DNA of 64,000 nucleotides from Candidatus Bathyarchaeia archaeon (GTDB lineage: Archaea > Thermoproteota > Bathyarchaeia > 40CM-2-53-6): contig JBEKFP010000001.1 of the NCBI GenBank assembly GCA_050013255.1, positions 320,001-384,000 of the forward strand, written 5' to 3'. The position numbers and the translations under genes were made by a program. The notes beneath the pieces are model-generated. The model was not told the origin of the DNA and searched no databases. It worked only from the letters and a program-made list of their open reading frames with translations. Shown here piece by piece: positions 36,587 to 46,535 of this stretch. Each line of letters begins with the position of its first letter. Within the stretch, counting starts at the first letter, position 1.

Positions 36587-38020
36587 GTGTTCCCAGTGGA
36601 TTCTGAGAAAACGAAGACCAAGATTGTTTGCACCATCGGCCCGTCAACGTCTTCGAAGGCTATGCTGCGACGATTAACTCGTGCGGGAATGAATGTTGCT
36701 AGGCTGAACCTATCACATGGGACGTTAGACGAGCACGCTGCCCGAATTCGATCGATTCGCACGGTTTCGAGGGAGTTGAAGACTTCGCTCGGAATATTAC
36801 TTGACCTGCCGGGGCCAAAGATTAGGGTTGGCAAGATATTCCCGGAGCCCGTGGAGCTACGGGAAGGTGGACAACTCACCCTCACGTCGAGGAGGATCAT
36901 CGGCAATCAAAAGATAGTATCGATTAGCTATCCATCAATCCTGAAGCAGCTTAGGAAAGGCGACCGAGTTTTCCTTGAAGACGGCATAGTCGAACTCACC
37001 GTCATTCAGGCAGGCAAGGATCAAGCCACCTGCCGCATTGTGAGGGGGGGTCACATCTCCTCAGGAAAGGGCGTCAATTTACCGGGGAAAAAGTTGAGGC
37101 TTGGCGCCCTGACAAAGCAGGACATATCCCTCCTCAGATTCGCCGTTGAAAATGGGGTGGATTTCGTCGCCTTATCATTCGTAACAACTGCTGCTGAAGT
37201 TGCCAAAGCCAGACGACTTGTCAAAGATGCTGGATCCAAGGCGTGGATCATAGCGAAAATCGAAAAGCGGCAAGCGGTCGAGAATTTTGATGAAATTGTG
37301 AAGAAGGCACATGGGGTAATGGTCGCTCGGGGAGACCTTGGCGTCGAGATGGAGATTGAGGAGATCCCTACTCTTCAAAAGGAAATAATTACGAAAGCTA
37401 ACGCAGCGGGAAAACCTGTGGTTACAGCCACCCAAATGCTGGAATCCATGGTCAATAACCCCGTACCAACACGCGCGGAAGTAACTGACATCGCGAACGC
37501 AATAATCGACGGAACAGACGCGATTATGCTTTCAGAGGAAACTGCGGTCGGAAACTATCCCGTTGAGGCCGTGAACGTGATGAAACGAGTTGCTTCCGCC
37601 ACGGAAAAAAACCTGCCCTACAGTACCCTTCTCGACAGTAGGCGCGAGCACCTGAGACCGATCGTTCAAGATTTGATCAGTTACTCGGCTTGCGTAGTTG
37701 CATACCGAGTGGGTGCAGGTTGCATAGTGGCCCACACAAGAACCGGCCTCACGGCGCACAGAGTGTCAAAGTTTCGGTCACCGGTCCCCATCATTGCGCT
37801 GACCTACAACGTCCCAGTAATGAACAGGCTTTCGCTGCTTTGGGGCGTGTACCCCTACCGCGTGAAGAAACTCTCGACCACGGCCGAGATATTCTCCGCA
37901 GCAAAGGTCGCAGCAAAGCATAGCGGAACAGTTAACGAGAACGGCAAGATTGTTGTTGTTTGCGGAGACCCATCCACGCCAGGGGGAACTACAGACCTGC
38001 TTCGAATCCAGACGGTCTAG
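36587..38020 (+). CDS. pyk: Pyruvate kinase
   Basis: KTKIVCTIGP, RLNLSHG, DLPGPKIR, AKIE, MVARGDLGVE, ATQMLESM; start GTG 36587 or 36596. Confidence 0.96.
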   Translation: MFPVDSEKTKTKIVCTIGPSTSSKAMLRRLTRAGMNVARLNLSHGTLDEHAARIRSIRTVSRELKTSLGILLDLPGPKIRVGKIFPEPVELREGGQLTLTSRRIIGNQKIVSISYPSILKQLRKGDRVFLEDGIVELTVIQAGKDQATCRIVRGGHISSGKGVNLPGKKLRLGALTKQDISLLRFAVENGVDFVALSFVTTAAEVAKARRLVKDAGSKAWIIAKIEKRQAVENFDEIVKKAHGVMVARGDLGVEMEIEEIPTLQKEIITKANAAGKPVVTATQMLESMVNNPVPTRAEVTDIANAIIDGTDAIMLSEETAVGNYPVEAVNVMKRVASATEKNLPYSTLLDSRREHLRPIVQDLISYSACVVAYRVGAGCIVAHTRTGLTAHRVSKFRSPVPIIALTYNVPVMNRLSLLWGVYPYRVKKLSTTAEIFSAAKVAAKHSGTVNENGKIVVVCGDPSTPGGTTDLLRIQTV

Positions 38021-38140
38021 GGGCCTACCTTGGTTACGCGCGTAACCGAACGGTCTTTCTTGAGTTCTTGAAGTCTTTGCCCAAGAACTCCAGCTTGACT
38101 TTAATTCATTGGACATAGTCTTGATGGTAAGCGAACGAGT

Positions 38141-38341
38141 TTGCCTTCGAACCATTTGAAGCCTGAGGAGAAGGTGAGTGTGGCAGTTGGGATGGTGGAT
38201 TTGGTTACGCAGATTTGTATTGACAACATTAGAGAAGAGAAGCCCCGTATTTCAGATGCGAAGCTGATTCTCATCCTCCGCCGTAGATTTCGAGCAGGCA
38301 GGTTTATTCCGAGGCCGCCGCCAAATCTTAGTGAGAAATAA
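38141..38341 (+). CDS. Small hypothetical protein
   Basis: 66-aa helical ORF in the gap before the radical SAM gene. Confidence 0.5.
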   Translation: MPSNHLKPEEKVSVAVGMVDLVTQICIDNIREEKPRISDAKLILILRRRFRAGRFIPRPPPNLSEK

Positions 38342-38393
38342 TTCAGATGAATTTCGATTCACGCAGGCGTTCGGGTAGGATGGGGCGGGAACC

Positions 38394-40529
38394 TTGACTG
38401 TAGGCAAGGAGGCAACACTCTACCAGCAGCTCCCTGGCGGCAGGGTTAGGTGCACGGCCTGCGCCAGATACTGCAACATCCCTGAAGGAAAGATAGGCCT
38501 CTGCGGAATCCGCGGAAACACCAACGGAAAACTCTGGCTCTACGTCTACGGCAAAATAATCGCCGGCCACATCGACCCAATCGAAAAGAAACCCGTAACC
38601 CACTACATGCCAGGAAGCAAGATCTTCTCAATCGCAACAACCGGATGCAATTGGCTCTGCCATCCCGCGGGCACACAAATCCTGTTGGCAAACGGGAGGA
38701 AGAGGAACGTTGAGGACTTGTTGCCTGGTGACAGCCTATGGTCCTATGACATTGAGGATGGAATGAAGATTACTCCTGATGTAGTCACACATCTTGGGCG
38801 CCGCCGGGCTCGCCTGTGGGAAGTGCGCTATGGCTCGCATGGACACGGCAGGCTGGTAATTACAAAAGAACACCCCATTCTCACAAAGAGGGGGTGGAAG
38901 ACCGTTGAAGAACTTCGCTCCGGAGACAAGATTCTGAAAGTTTGGTATCAAAATACTCAAGCATGGAAACGCCATAGGGCGGCATCGATCGGCACCGCCG
39001 AGTTTACTTGCGGAAAATGTGGAACCGAAGTGAAGGGGCTCGACGAATGGAACCGCCATCGTGGCGAATGTTATACTCGCGAACTTGAGATCAGCCCCGA
39101 AGTTCGAGCGCGATGTAGCGATAGAATGAAACTCAACAACCCGATGAAGGACCCCAAGATCGCAGCACGTGTTGTGCAGACTAGCCGGGAAAAGTTTCGA
39201 ACAGATCCCAACCATTATTGGCACAAGAATAGGGAGAGGCTTCGGATCTGGTTGCATCGCCATCCCTCTGTTAGTCAGCTGCGATTGTATGAATTATTGG
39301 AGGAGCTGGGCGTCAAGTACGAGAAAGAATACAAGATTCATCCGGAGAAGGGGATACCTGGATCACAGACCCACTATCTGGCAGATGCGGCATTTCCTGA
39401 TATCAACCTTGACGTGGAAGTCGACGGATGGTGGCACTACCACAACGAACAGGTTCAAGAGCGAGACAGAATCAGGGACAAGACACTTCGGGCTAATGGC
39501 TGGACCGTGCTGAGGATCTCAGGGAGTTACGTGTACAATCATCCCCAAGAAGTAAAGGCACTCATAGCAGAAAACCTGCAGCAACCAGTTCTTACAAATA
39601 AACGCGAATGGGTGACTGTCAAAGAGGTCGCACCCACATCAAAGTTCGAGCAGGTCTACAGTTTCGAATGCATTCCCAAGCACAATTACGTCGCAGACGG
39701 CATTGTCTGCCACAATTGTTCTTACTGCCAGAACAGTGACATTAGTCAACGACGCAAAATCGAGGGATTGGACGCGTCTCCGGAAACGGTTGTGGAGATG
39801 ACGAAGCGTTACCGTTGTGAAGGGTTGGCGTATACTTACAATGAGCCGTCCATCTTCATCGAGTTCGCCCATGATATTGGTGTCCAAGCGCGGAAGGCGG
39901 GGCTGATTAACATATTCGTCTCAAACGGGTACGATACTCCTGACACGGTAGGTTTGATGCGGGATTTCTTGGATTGTATCACGGTGGATTTCAAGGGGAG
40001 CGGCGAGACAGCGTTCGTGCGCAAGTATATCGCCATCGCGAACGCGGACCCAATCTTTCAGACTCTGCTAGAGATTCGTGATAGGACTAAGGTTCACATT
40101 GAGATCACGGATCTAATCGTCCCAGAGGTTGGAGACGACCTGGGGGCAGCGAAGAAACTTTCTTCTTGGGTGTATGATAACCTGGGCCCTGATACGCCGA
40201 TTCACTTCCTCCGATTCCACCCCGACTACAAGATGATGAACCTACCACCGACGCCGGTCAAAACATTAGAGAAGCATCACGCAGTCGCCAAGGAGGTGGG
40301 ATTGAACTACGCCTACCTTGGCAACGTGCCAGGCCACCCGCTAGAACACACATACTGCCCAGAGTGCAAGGCCGTAGTTGTGGAACGCCTCGGTTTCGAC
40401 ATCACAGGCTGGCATCTCGATAATCAAAACCGTTGCACTAACTGCGGAAACGAAATTCCAATCGTAGGCCGCTTAAGTAAATCAGTAAACGAAGAACGAT
40501 TCATCCCCATAATAATGGGGACCACATAA
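38394..40529 (+). CDS. AmmeMemoRadiSam-type radical SAM enzyme, intein-containing
   Basis: CTACARYC, DPIEKKP..H, GCNWL[intein]CSYCQNSDISQ, YTYNEP, HFLRFHPDY, Y.GNVPG..EHTYCP. Confidence 0.92.
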   Translation: MTVGKEATLYQQLPGGRVRCTACARYCNIPEGKIGLCGIRGNTNGKLWLYVYGKIIAGHIDPIEKKPVTHYMPGSKIFSIATTGCNWLCHPAGTQILLANGRKRNVEDLLPGDSLWSYDIEDGMKITPDVVTHLGRRRARLWEVRYGSHGHGRLVITKEHPILTKRGWKTVEELRSGDKILKVWYQNTQAWKRHRAASIGTAEFTCGKCGTEVKGLDEWNRHRGECYTRELEISPEVRARCSDRMKLNNPMKDPKIAARVVQTSREKFRTDPNHYWHKNRERLRIWLHRHPSVSQLRLYELLEELGVKYEKEYKIHPEKGIPGSQTHYLADAAFPDINLDVEVDGWWHYHNEQVQERDRIRDKTLRANGWTVLRISGSYVYNHPQEVKALIAENLQQPVLTNKREWVTVKEVAPTSKFEQVYSFECIPKHNYVADGIVCHNCSYCQNSDISQRRKIEGLDASPETVVEMTKRYRCEGLAYTYNEPSIFIEFAHDIGVQARKAGLINIFVSNGYDTPDTVGLMRDFLDCITVDFKGSGETAFVRKYIAIANADPIFQTLLEIRDRTKVHIEITDLIVPEVGDDLGAAKKLSSWVYDNLGPDTPIHFLRFHPDYKMMNLPPTPVKTLEKHHAVAKEVGLNYAYLGNVPGHPLEHTYCPECKAVVVERLGFDITGWHLDNQNRCTNCGNEIPIVGRLSKSVNEERFIPIIMGTT
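38658..39716 (+). mobile_element. Intein (353 aa) with zinc finger and Vsr/DUF559-like endonuclease
   Basis: N-terminal CHPAGTQILL, block B ITKEHPILT, C-terminal HNYVADGIVCHN followed by +1 Cys; internal ADAAF..VEVDGWWH...RDRIRD..LRANGWTVLRI. Confidence 0.92.
40089..40517 (+). repeat. Left copy of 429-bp imperfect direct repeat (3' end of radical SAM gene)
   Basis: Colinear without indels with 60809-61237; about 59 mismatches by manual count. Confidence 0.95.
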
Positions 40530-40881
40530 CCAAGAGCAAGTTCTCTCGCATCATATTATGATACTCTCAACCTGTCGCAGTCCTTACGAGGTAGACGGAC
40601 CCGCGCTTACGTGAAAGATGGCGGGGCCAAAGGGAACATACGTTCGAATGGCTGTTCCCAGTTGCAGCCTCATAGCATGTACACAAAATGGGCGTCACAT
40701 TGCAAAGGTTGTTGAATCGGTTATTGTGAAACTTCCGCGAACATAGTTTCATAGTCCTTCTCACCGCTCACAAGAACAGGTGAGAAGACGCTTTCTTATC
40801 GGACCGAGAGAATCGCTCGAACTGCGAATAAGTAGCCATCTTTATCTTGTTATCTCACGAACCCGAAGCCGTGTTCTTGAG

Positions 40882-42072
40882 ATGCCGCCTCCGAAGTTTC
40901 TCGATTTTCCCGAAGCCGAATATCGGCGGAGATATGAACGAATCAGAGAGATTATGACTGAGAGACAGATCGATGCCATCCTGCTTACAGCGAAAGAGAA
41001 CCTCATTTACTTCACAGGCTATCGGACTGTCCTCTATGACGGTAGCAAGTTCAACTCGTTCATCTGCATCCTTTCACGCGACCAGCCTCCCGTAATGCTA
41101 TCGCCCGCTATGGAGAGATTCGCCATGGAGCAGACAAGTTGGATTCCGGATGTGCGTCACTGGGGAATGTACTTCAACCCTCACGCTCCAGATGCCATCT
41201 CTCTAATCACAAAAACTCTCAAGGAACTGAAGCTGGACAAAGGGACCCTAGGCATGGAGCTAGGAGTGGCTCAAAGGATAGGCATGTCTGTCAACGACTT
41301 CGAACGGCTGAAGCAGAACATTCCTAGATCAAGAATCATAGATGCCTCTGAAAGTTTATGGAAAGTGAGGAGCGTAAAGTCACCCGAAGAGATCGATAGA
41401 ATTCGGCGGGCTACCGAGATAACGGAGAAAGGGATCGTGGCCGGTTGGAAAACTCTGAGGGAGGGCATTTCCGAGAGAGAAGTAGCGAGAGCCATCCAGA
41501 GAACAATGATCGAAGAGGATGCCGACAAACTAGCGTTCATCGTCACTAGGTCGGGGTTCGCGCGAATGAACATGGTAAACCCTCCCTTCTCAGACTACAA
41601 ATTGCAGAGGGGCGACATAATGATCCTAGACCTCGGAGCCATCTATAGGGACTACTGGTCCGATATGACTCGAAGCGCGTCCATTGGCCCCGTCAGCGAG
41701 GACGCGAGGAAAGTGTACAATGTCTTGTTAGAGGCACAGAAGTCGGCGTTCGCAGAAATAAAGGGCGGTGCCCGGGTCAAGGATGTTGTTGAGGCGGCTA
41801 ATGGAATAATACGAAAAGCTGGATACGAGAAGTGGATGTTGAGCGGCATCGGCCATGGTTTAGGCCTTGAGGTGCACGAGATGCCGCGCTTGACGGCTGT
41901 CGACGAGACTCTTCTGGAGCCGGGTATGGTAATAACAATAGAGCCGTCGCTATACCCGCTTGTCTATACGGGAACCATAGGGAACTTCCTTGTAGAGGAT
42001 ATTGCTGTCGTAACAAAGAACGGGTGCGACATGTTGACTAGAATGGACAGAGAGATTTACGAGGCGACCTAA
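40882..42072 (+). CDS. M24 family Xaa-Pro peptidase
   Basis: Metal ligands LDLG, SDMTR, GHGLG, TIEP, VED; likely ATG 40882. Confidence 0.9.
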   Translation: MPPPKFLDFPEAEYRRRYERIREIMTERQIDAILLTAKENLIYFTGYRTVLYDGSKFNSFICILSRDQPPVMLSPAMERFAMEQTSWIPDVRHWGMYFNPHAPDAISLITKTLKELKLDKGTLGMELGVAQRIGMSVNDFERLKQNIPRSRIIDASESLWKVRSVKSPEEIDRIRRATEITEKGIVAGWKTLREGISEREVARAIQRTMIEEDADKLAFIVTRSGFARMNMVNPPFSDYKLQRGDIMILDLGAIYRDYWSDMTRSASIGPVSEDARKVYNVLLEAQKSAFAEIKGGARVKDVVEAANGIIRKAGYEKWMLSGIGHGLGLEVHEMPRLTAVDETLLEPGMVITIEPSLYPLVYTGTIGNFLVEDIAVVTKNGCDMLTRMDREIYEAT

Positions 42073-42152
42073 ACGGATTTATTCAAATGCATTCTCGGAA
42101 GCGTTTTTCACATCGGTTGTCGGCCTAGAGACGGACCAGACGGAGAAATAGG

Positions 42153-43190
42153 TTGAGAATATACGAATACGTCCTTCGACGTCTAGCCTTAATGATATTC
42201 GTCTTGTTCGGAGTGAGCGCCATAGTCTTCTACATGGCCCGAGGTTTCCCTTCAGCTTTCGCTCCATGGGCCCAGTATGTATCTGAGAAATTGAAACCAG
42301 GTCAGCTTGAAGCGATAATAAAGGCGCATGGGTTCGACCAACCACTCTACATTCAGTACTGGTATTGGCTCCAGGATGTGTTTCATGGAGACTGGGGATA
42401 TTCGAACTGGGCGAACGGACTCCCGACGTACTATGTCTTTGTCTCGCGCTTTCCGTTCACGGTCGAATTGACCATAGCGGCTACAATCTTTACCGTGGCC
42501 CTCGGGATACCGCTTGGAATACTCTCCGCGGTGAAGAACAACACAGCGATTGACCACGTAGCACGAATAATCGCTCTCACTGGTTATTCAGTTCCCTCCT
42601 ACTGGTTCGCTTACATTTTGCAACTGGTATTCTTCTACTACTTCTACACATGGGGGTTACCGAACCTTCCGAGTGGCGGCGTCATTAGTCAAGGTCTTGC
42701 AGGAACAGTGCCTACGATAACAGGACTCCCAATCTTAGATGGTTTACTTGCGGGTAACCTCACGTATACTGTGGATGCGCTCGCACATGTGATATTGCCA
42801 GCTTTCAACCTCAGCTTCATCAGCCTCGGTTATCTCGCTCGAATAGTTAGGGCAAGTATGCTTGACGTTCTCAGACAAGACTACATTACTATGGCTAGGT
42901 CCAAAGGCCTACCCGAACGCATAGTCATCTACAGGCATGCGCTCAGGAATGCGCTTATCCCCGCCATGACTTTGACGGGAATCTTCGTTGCAGGGTTATT
43001 GGGCGGCGCGATAATTACGGAAACGGTCTTCTCATGGCCGGGCGTTGGGAACGTTTCCCTACGCGCAGTGTTTCTTGGTGATAGCAACTTTCTGCTTCTA
43101 TACTGTCTAGTAACTGCTTTGATAATCGTCGTTACAAATCTTGTCGTTGACGTCTTGTACCTCTTCATCGACCCTAGAATAAAGTACTAG
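42153..43190 (+). CDS. dppB: Di/oligopeptide ABC permease
   Basis: DQPLYIQY, QDYITMARSKGL, HALRNALIP, IDPRIKY. Confidence 0.9.
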   Translation: MRIYEYVLRRLALMIFVLFGVSAIVFYMARGFPSAFAPWAQYVSEKLKPGQLEAIIKAHGFDQPLYIQYWYWLQDVFHGDWGYSNWANGLPTYYVFVSRFPFTVELTIAATIFTVALGIPLGILSAVKNNTAIDHVARIIALTGYSVPSYWFAYILQLVFFYYFYTWGLPNLPSGGVISQGLAGTVPTITGLPILDGLLAGNLTYTVDALAHVILPAFNLSFISLGYLARIVRASMLDVLRQDYITMARSKGLPERIVIYRHALRNALIPAMTLTGIFVAGLLGGAIITETVFSWPGVGNVSLRAVFLGDSNFLLLYCLVTALIIVVTNLVVDVLYLFIDPRIKY

Positions 43191-43199
43191 GTAGACAGC

Positions 43200-44141
43200 A
43201 TGAACGAGAAAGCTGACCGGGCTCACGGCACGGAGAGCGAAACGCAGGCACGGATCGCTGAGCTAAAGTACTCTCTCCATCAGATGCGGCAGAATCCACT
43301 AGTCCTCGCTGGATTAATACTCGTCGTCTTCTTCACCGCCGTGGCTGCAGTCGCGACGTTATTGGTCAGTAACGATGAAGCCTTCATGTTCGACTTCGGA
43401 CAGAGCTATTGTTGGAGTAACGCTGTCTTCTCTTGGACACAACTAGAAGCGACGTGTCCCCCGGGGACGAATTTCATACTAGGGACTGACGGTTTCGGAA
43501 GAGACCTCCTCAGAATGATCATACTCTCAATCCCCCTGGATCTCAAGATCGCATTCCTGATAGTCGCAGCGGCGTCTGCGTTCGGAGTGGCCTTAGGTGC
43601 AATTGCCGCATGGATCGGCGGAAAATTCGATGAGGCAATTCTGAGGATAACTGATGTTTTCTTCGCATTTCCAGGACTTGTTCTTGCCTTAGTGTTCGCC
43701 GCTTTGTTCGGTCGAACAGTTCAAACTTTGACTCTGGCCGTTCTTCTCGTATGGTGGCCAACATATGTTCGATTGACGCGGGGGCAAGTGCTCGTTGAGA
43801 AAGAAAAAACCTATGCTGAAGCACTCAAATCCATTGGAGTAAGTCCAGCAAGAATAGTTCTCTTTCACATTATACCAAACGCGATATATCCCATAATTGT
43901 TCAGATGACCTTGGACATCGGCGGCGTGATCCTCACTTTTTCTGCACTAATCTTCTTGGGCTTTTCCCCCAGCCCGGCGTTGCCAGAATTAGGAAATCTT
44001 GCCGCTGACGGGATCAATCACGTGTTTACAGCACCCTGGTTAATAGTCTTCCCGGGACTCACGATCCTGCTCATTGCACTCGCGTTTAACCTAATGGGAG
44101 ATGGATTGAGGGACATTCTTGATCCGCGGTTGAGAAGGTAA
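43200..44141 (+). CDS. dppC: Di/oligopeptide ABC permease
   Basis: LGTDGFGRD, HIIPN, GDGLRDILDPR. Confidence 0.9.
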   Translation: MNEKADRAHGTESETQARIAELKYSLHQMRQNPLVLAGLILVVFFTAVAAVATLLVSNDEAFMFDFGQSYCWSNAVFSWTQLEATCPPGTNFILGTDGFGRDLLRMIILSIPLDLKIAFLIVAAASAFGVALGAIAAWIGGKFDEAILRITDVFFAFPGLVLALVFAALFGRTVQTLTLAVLLVWWPTYVRLTRGQVLVEKEKTYAEALKSIGVSPARIVLFHIIPNAIYPIIVQMTLDIGGVILTFSALIFLGFSPSPALPELGNLAADGINHVFTAPWLIVFPGLTILLIALAFNLMGDGLRDILDPRLRR

Positions 44142-44145
44142 AGGA

Positions 44146-45243
44146 ATGGCACACGAAGATCGCGGGCCCATACTTGAAATCAAAGACCTTACGGTGAACT
44201 TCAAGACATACCGCGGAGAGGTTAAAGCTCTTGACAGAGTAGGCTTAGCTCTCTATAGGCACGAGGTTCTCGCTCTGGTCGGCGAGTCGGGATGCGGCAA
44301 ATCAGTTACCGCTCTCGCAATACTCGGACTCCTCCCCCGGAACGCTTTCATCCTGTTCGGTCAAGTATTCTTCAAAGGAACGGATCTCCTCAAGGAATCC
44401 ATTGAACAGAAAAGAGAGGTACGCGCTGAAGGAATCGCTGCCATATTCCAAGATCCCGTGACGTTCCTGAACCCTGTGTTAACTATTGGTGTTCAGCTAA
44501 AGGAATCGTTCCTAGTGCAGAAGCACCTAGGGTACGCCAACTTGCAAACTGGGGAAGAAAACAAGTCACCCGGGGGTGAAATCAGAGAGTTTCTCATGAG
44601 AAGGGACAGCCCCGGAACAGAGGCGCAACGTGAAGGAATATCTGGAAGAGAGAAGGAGAAGATTGCCAAAGAGCTTTCCTCAAAGATTCTTGACTTAGTT
44701 CGCCTCCCAGACCCGGAACGCATCCTGACACAGTACCCTCATGAGCTTTCAGGCGGGATGCGGCAAAGATGCATGATAGCCATGGCCTTGGCGCGGCGCC
44801 CGTCGATATTCATTGCAGACGAGATCACAACTGCCCTTGACGTTACAGTCCAGGCACAAATCCTTGCTTTGCTCAAAGAACTTCGCGACTCGATTGACGC
44901 GTCAACCCTGCTCATTACTCACGACCTGTCGGTAGCCGCTGAGACCGCTGATAGGGTCGCTGTTATGTATGCCGGGAATGTTGCAGAAGTGGCGACTACG
45001 AAGCAACTCTTCAGAAACCCGCTACACCCCTACACACAACTCTTGATGAAGTGCATTCCCGATATCAGAAAACTGGTCGTTCGACTGGAATCAATTCAAG
45101 GTAACGTTCCCGACTTAATCGATCCTCCCACTGGGTGCAGGTTCCATCCACGTTGCCCCTTTGCTATGGAGATCTGCCGGAAAGAAAAACCTGCCCTCAA
45201 AAGCATGGGTGACGGGCACCTCGTTCACTGCCACCTTTATTGA
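44146..45243 (+). CDS. dppD: Di/oligopeptide ABC ATP-binding protein
   Basis: GESGCGKS, YPHELSGGMRQR, HPYT, GCRFHPRC. Confidence 0.92.
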   Translation: MAHEDRGPILEIKDLTVNFKTYRGEVKALDRVGLALYRHEVLALVGESGCGKSVTALAILGLLPRNAFILFGQVFFKGTDLLKESIEQKREVRAEGIAAIFQDPVTFLNPVLTIGVQLKESFLVQKHLGYANLQTGEENKSPGGEIREFLMRRDSPGTEAQREGISGREKEKIAKELSSKILDLVRLPDPERILTQYPHELSGGMRQRCMIAMALARRPSIFIADEITTALDVTVQAQILALLKELRDSIDASTLLITHDLSVAAETADRVAVMYAGNVAEVATTKQLFRNPLHPYTQLLMKCIPDIRKLVVRLESIQGNVPDLIDPPTGCRFHPRCPFAMEICRKEKPALKSMGDGHLVHCHLY

Positions 45244-45252
45244 GGAAGAAAC

Positions 45253-46293
45253 TTGGCAGAAGAAATTCTAGTCGTCGACGACCTCAGGAAGTGGTTTCCA
45301 ATCAGAGCAGGCTTTCTTCAAAAGACCGTAGGACACGTAAAAGCTGTCGATGGTGTCAGCCTCCAGATGCGTAGGGGCGAAACATACGGTCTAGTAGGTG
45401 AATCCGGCTCAGGAAAAACAACTCTCGGCAAAAGCATCCTACGTCTTATCGAGCCGACAGGAGGAACGGTTCTCTTTGATGGCTTCGACGTGACGAAGGC
45501 TAAGAAAAAAGAACTCAAGAAACTTCGAAGCCGCATGCAAATGATCTTTCAAGACCCATACGCGTCACTCGACCCCCGGCAAACAGTAGGTTCTACACTG
45601 AGCGAGGCCATGCGAACGCACGGATTGGTTCGATCCAGGAGCGATGCAATCACGCGTGCCAAGGAGCTTCTACGCCGAGTTGGAATGAACGAAGAACACA
45701 TGTTCCGTTTTCCCCACGAGTTTAGTGGCGGCCAAAGACAGAGAATAGCTGTTGCACGAGCATTGGCCGTTGATCCAGATTTTATAGTGCTCGACGAACC
45801 CACCTCATTTTTGGACGTCTCGGTACAGGCTCAGGTTCTTGATTTGCTTAAGGACCTGCAGAATGAACTGAACCTCAGCTACGTGTTCATCTCACACAAT
45901 CTAAGCGTCGTCCAGTACATGAGCAATCGAGTTGGGGTAATGTATCTCGGTGGCCTCGTAGAGGATGGGGAACGCGACCTCATCTACAAGTCGCCCGAAC
46001 ATCCCTACAGTTACTATCTGATGGCAGCTATTCCCATACCCGACCCAGAATTCAAGAGAGTTCCGAAACTCCTGAGCGGTGACGTACCAAGCCCAGTCAA
46101 TATTCCCCCGGGCTGTCGGTTCAATCCGCGTTGCCCCTATGCAACTGATAAATGCCGTGCCGGAGAGGTGCCATTTTACGCTGGGTCAGGCAGTTATCGT
46201 AGGGTGGCTTGCCATTATGAGATTGATTTCGAAAAGGGAACGCAAACGGTGAGAACGATATCTCTGGGTCAGACGGATGCCGGCATCCAATGA
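45253..46293 (+). CDS. dppF: Di/oligopeptide ABC ATP-binding protein
   Basis: GESGSGKT, FQDPYASL, FPHEFSGGQRQR, GCRFNPRC. Confidence 0.92.
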   Translation: MAEEILVVDDLRKWFPIRAGFLQKTVGHVKAVDGVSLQMRRGETYGLVGESGSGKTTLGKSILRLIEPTGGTVLFDGFDVTKAKKKELKKLRSRMQMIFQDPYASLDPRQTVGSTLSEAMRTHGLVRSRSDAITRAKELLRRVGMNEEHMFRFPHEFSGGQRQRIAVARALAVDPDFIVLDEPTSFLDVSVQAQVLDLLKDLQNELNLSYVFISHNLSVVQYMSNRVGVMYLGGLVEDGERDLIYKSPEHPYSYYLMAAIPIPDPEFKRVPKLLSGDVPSPVNIPPGCRFNPRCPYATDKCRAGEVPFYAGSGSYRRVACHYEIDFEKGTQTVRTISLGQTDAGIQ

Positions 46294-46313
46294 TAAAGGA
46301 GTTGCAGTGGCTT

Positions 46314-46466
46314 ATGTCACGTGAGGAATACGATACAAAAGAGAGTGTTCATTTAGACTGGCGTGACTACGTCGCGATCATAATCGCGTCTTTTGAGACG
46401 ACACTTCTACCCATTCTTGTTGTAATCGCTGTGCTGATTCTCCTTGCACTTCTTCTGAGACGATAG
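46314..46466 (+). CDS. Small membrane protein (50 aa) ending the dpp operon (not in ORF track)
   Basis: MSREEYDTKESVHLDWRDYVAIIIASFETTLLPILVVIAVLILLALLLRR. Confidence 0.65.
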   Translation: MSREEYDTKESVHLDWRDYVAIIIASFETTLLPILVVIAVLILLALLLRR

Positions 46467-46535
46467 GGAGAGCGCTAGAATCGGTTCTTTCTGTGCCACA
46501 AATGTTGACAACGAGCTGGCCGAGGCTCCCGGAGA

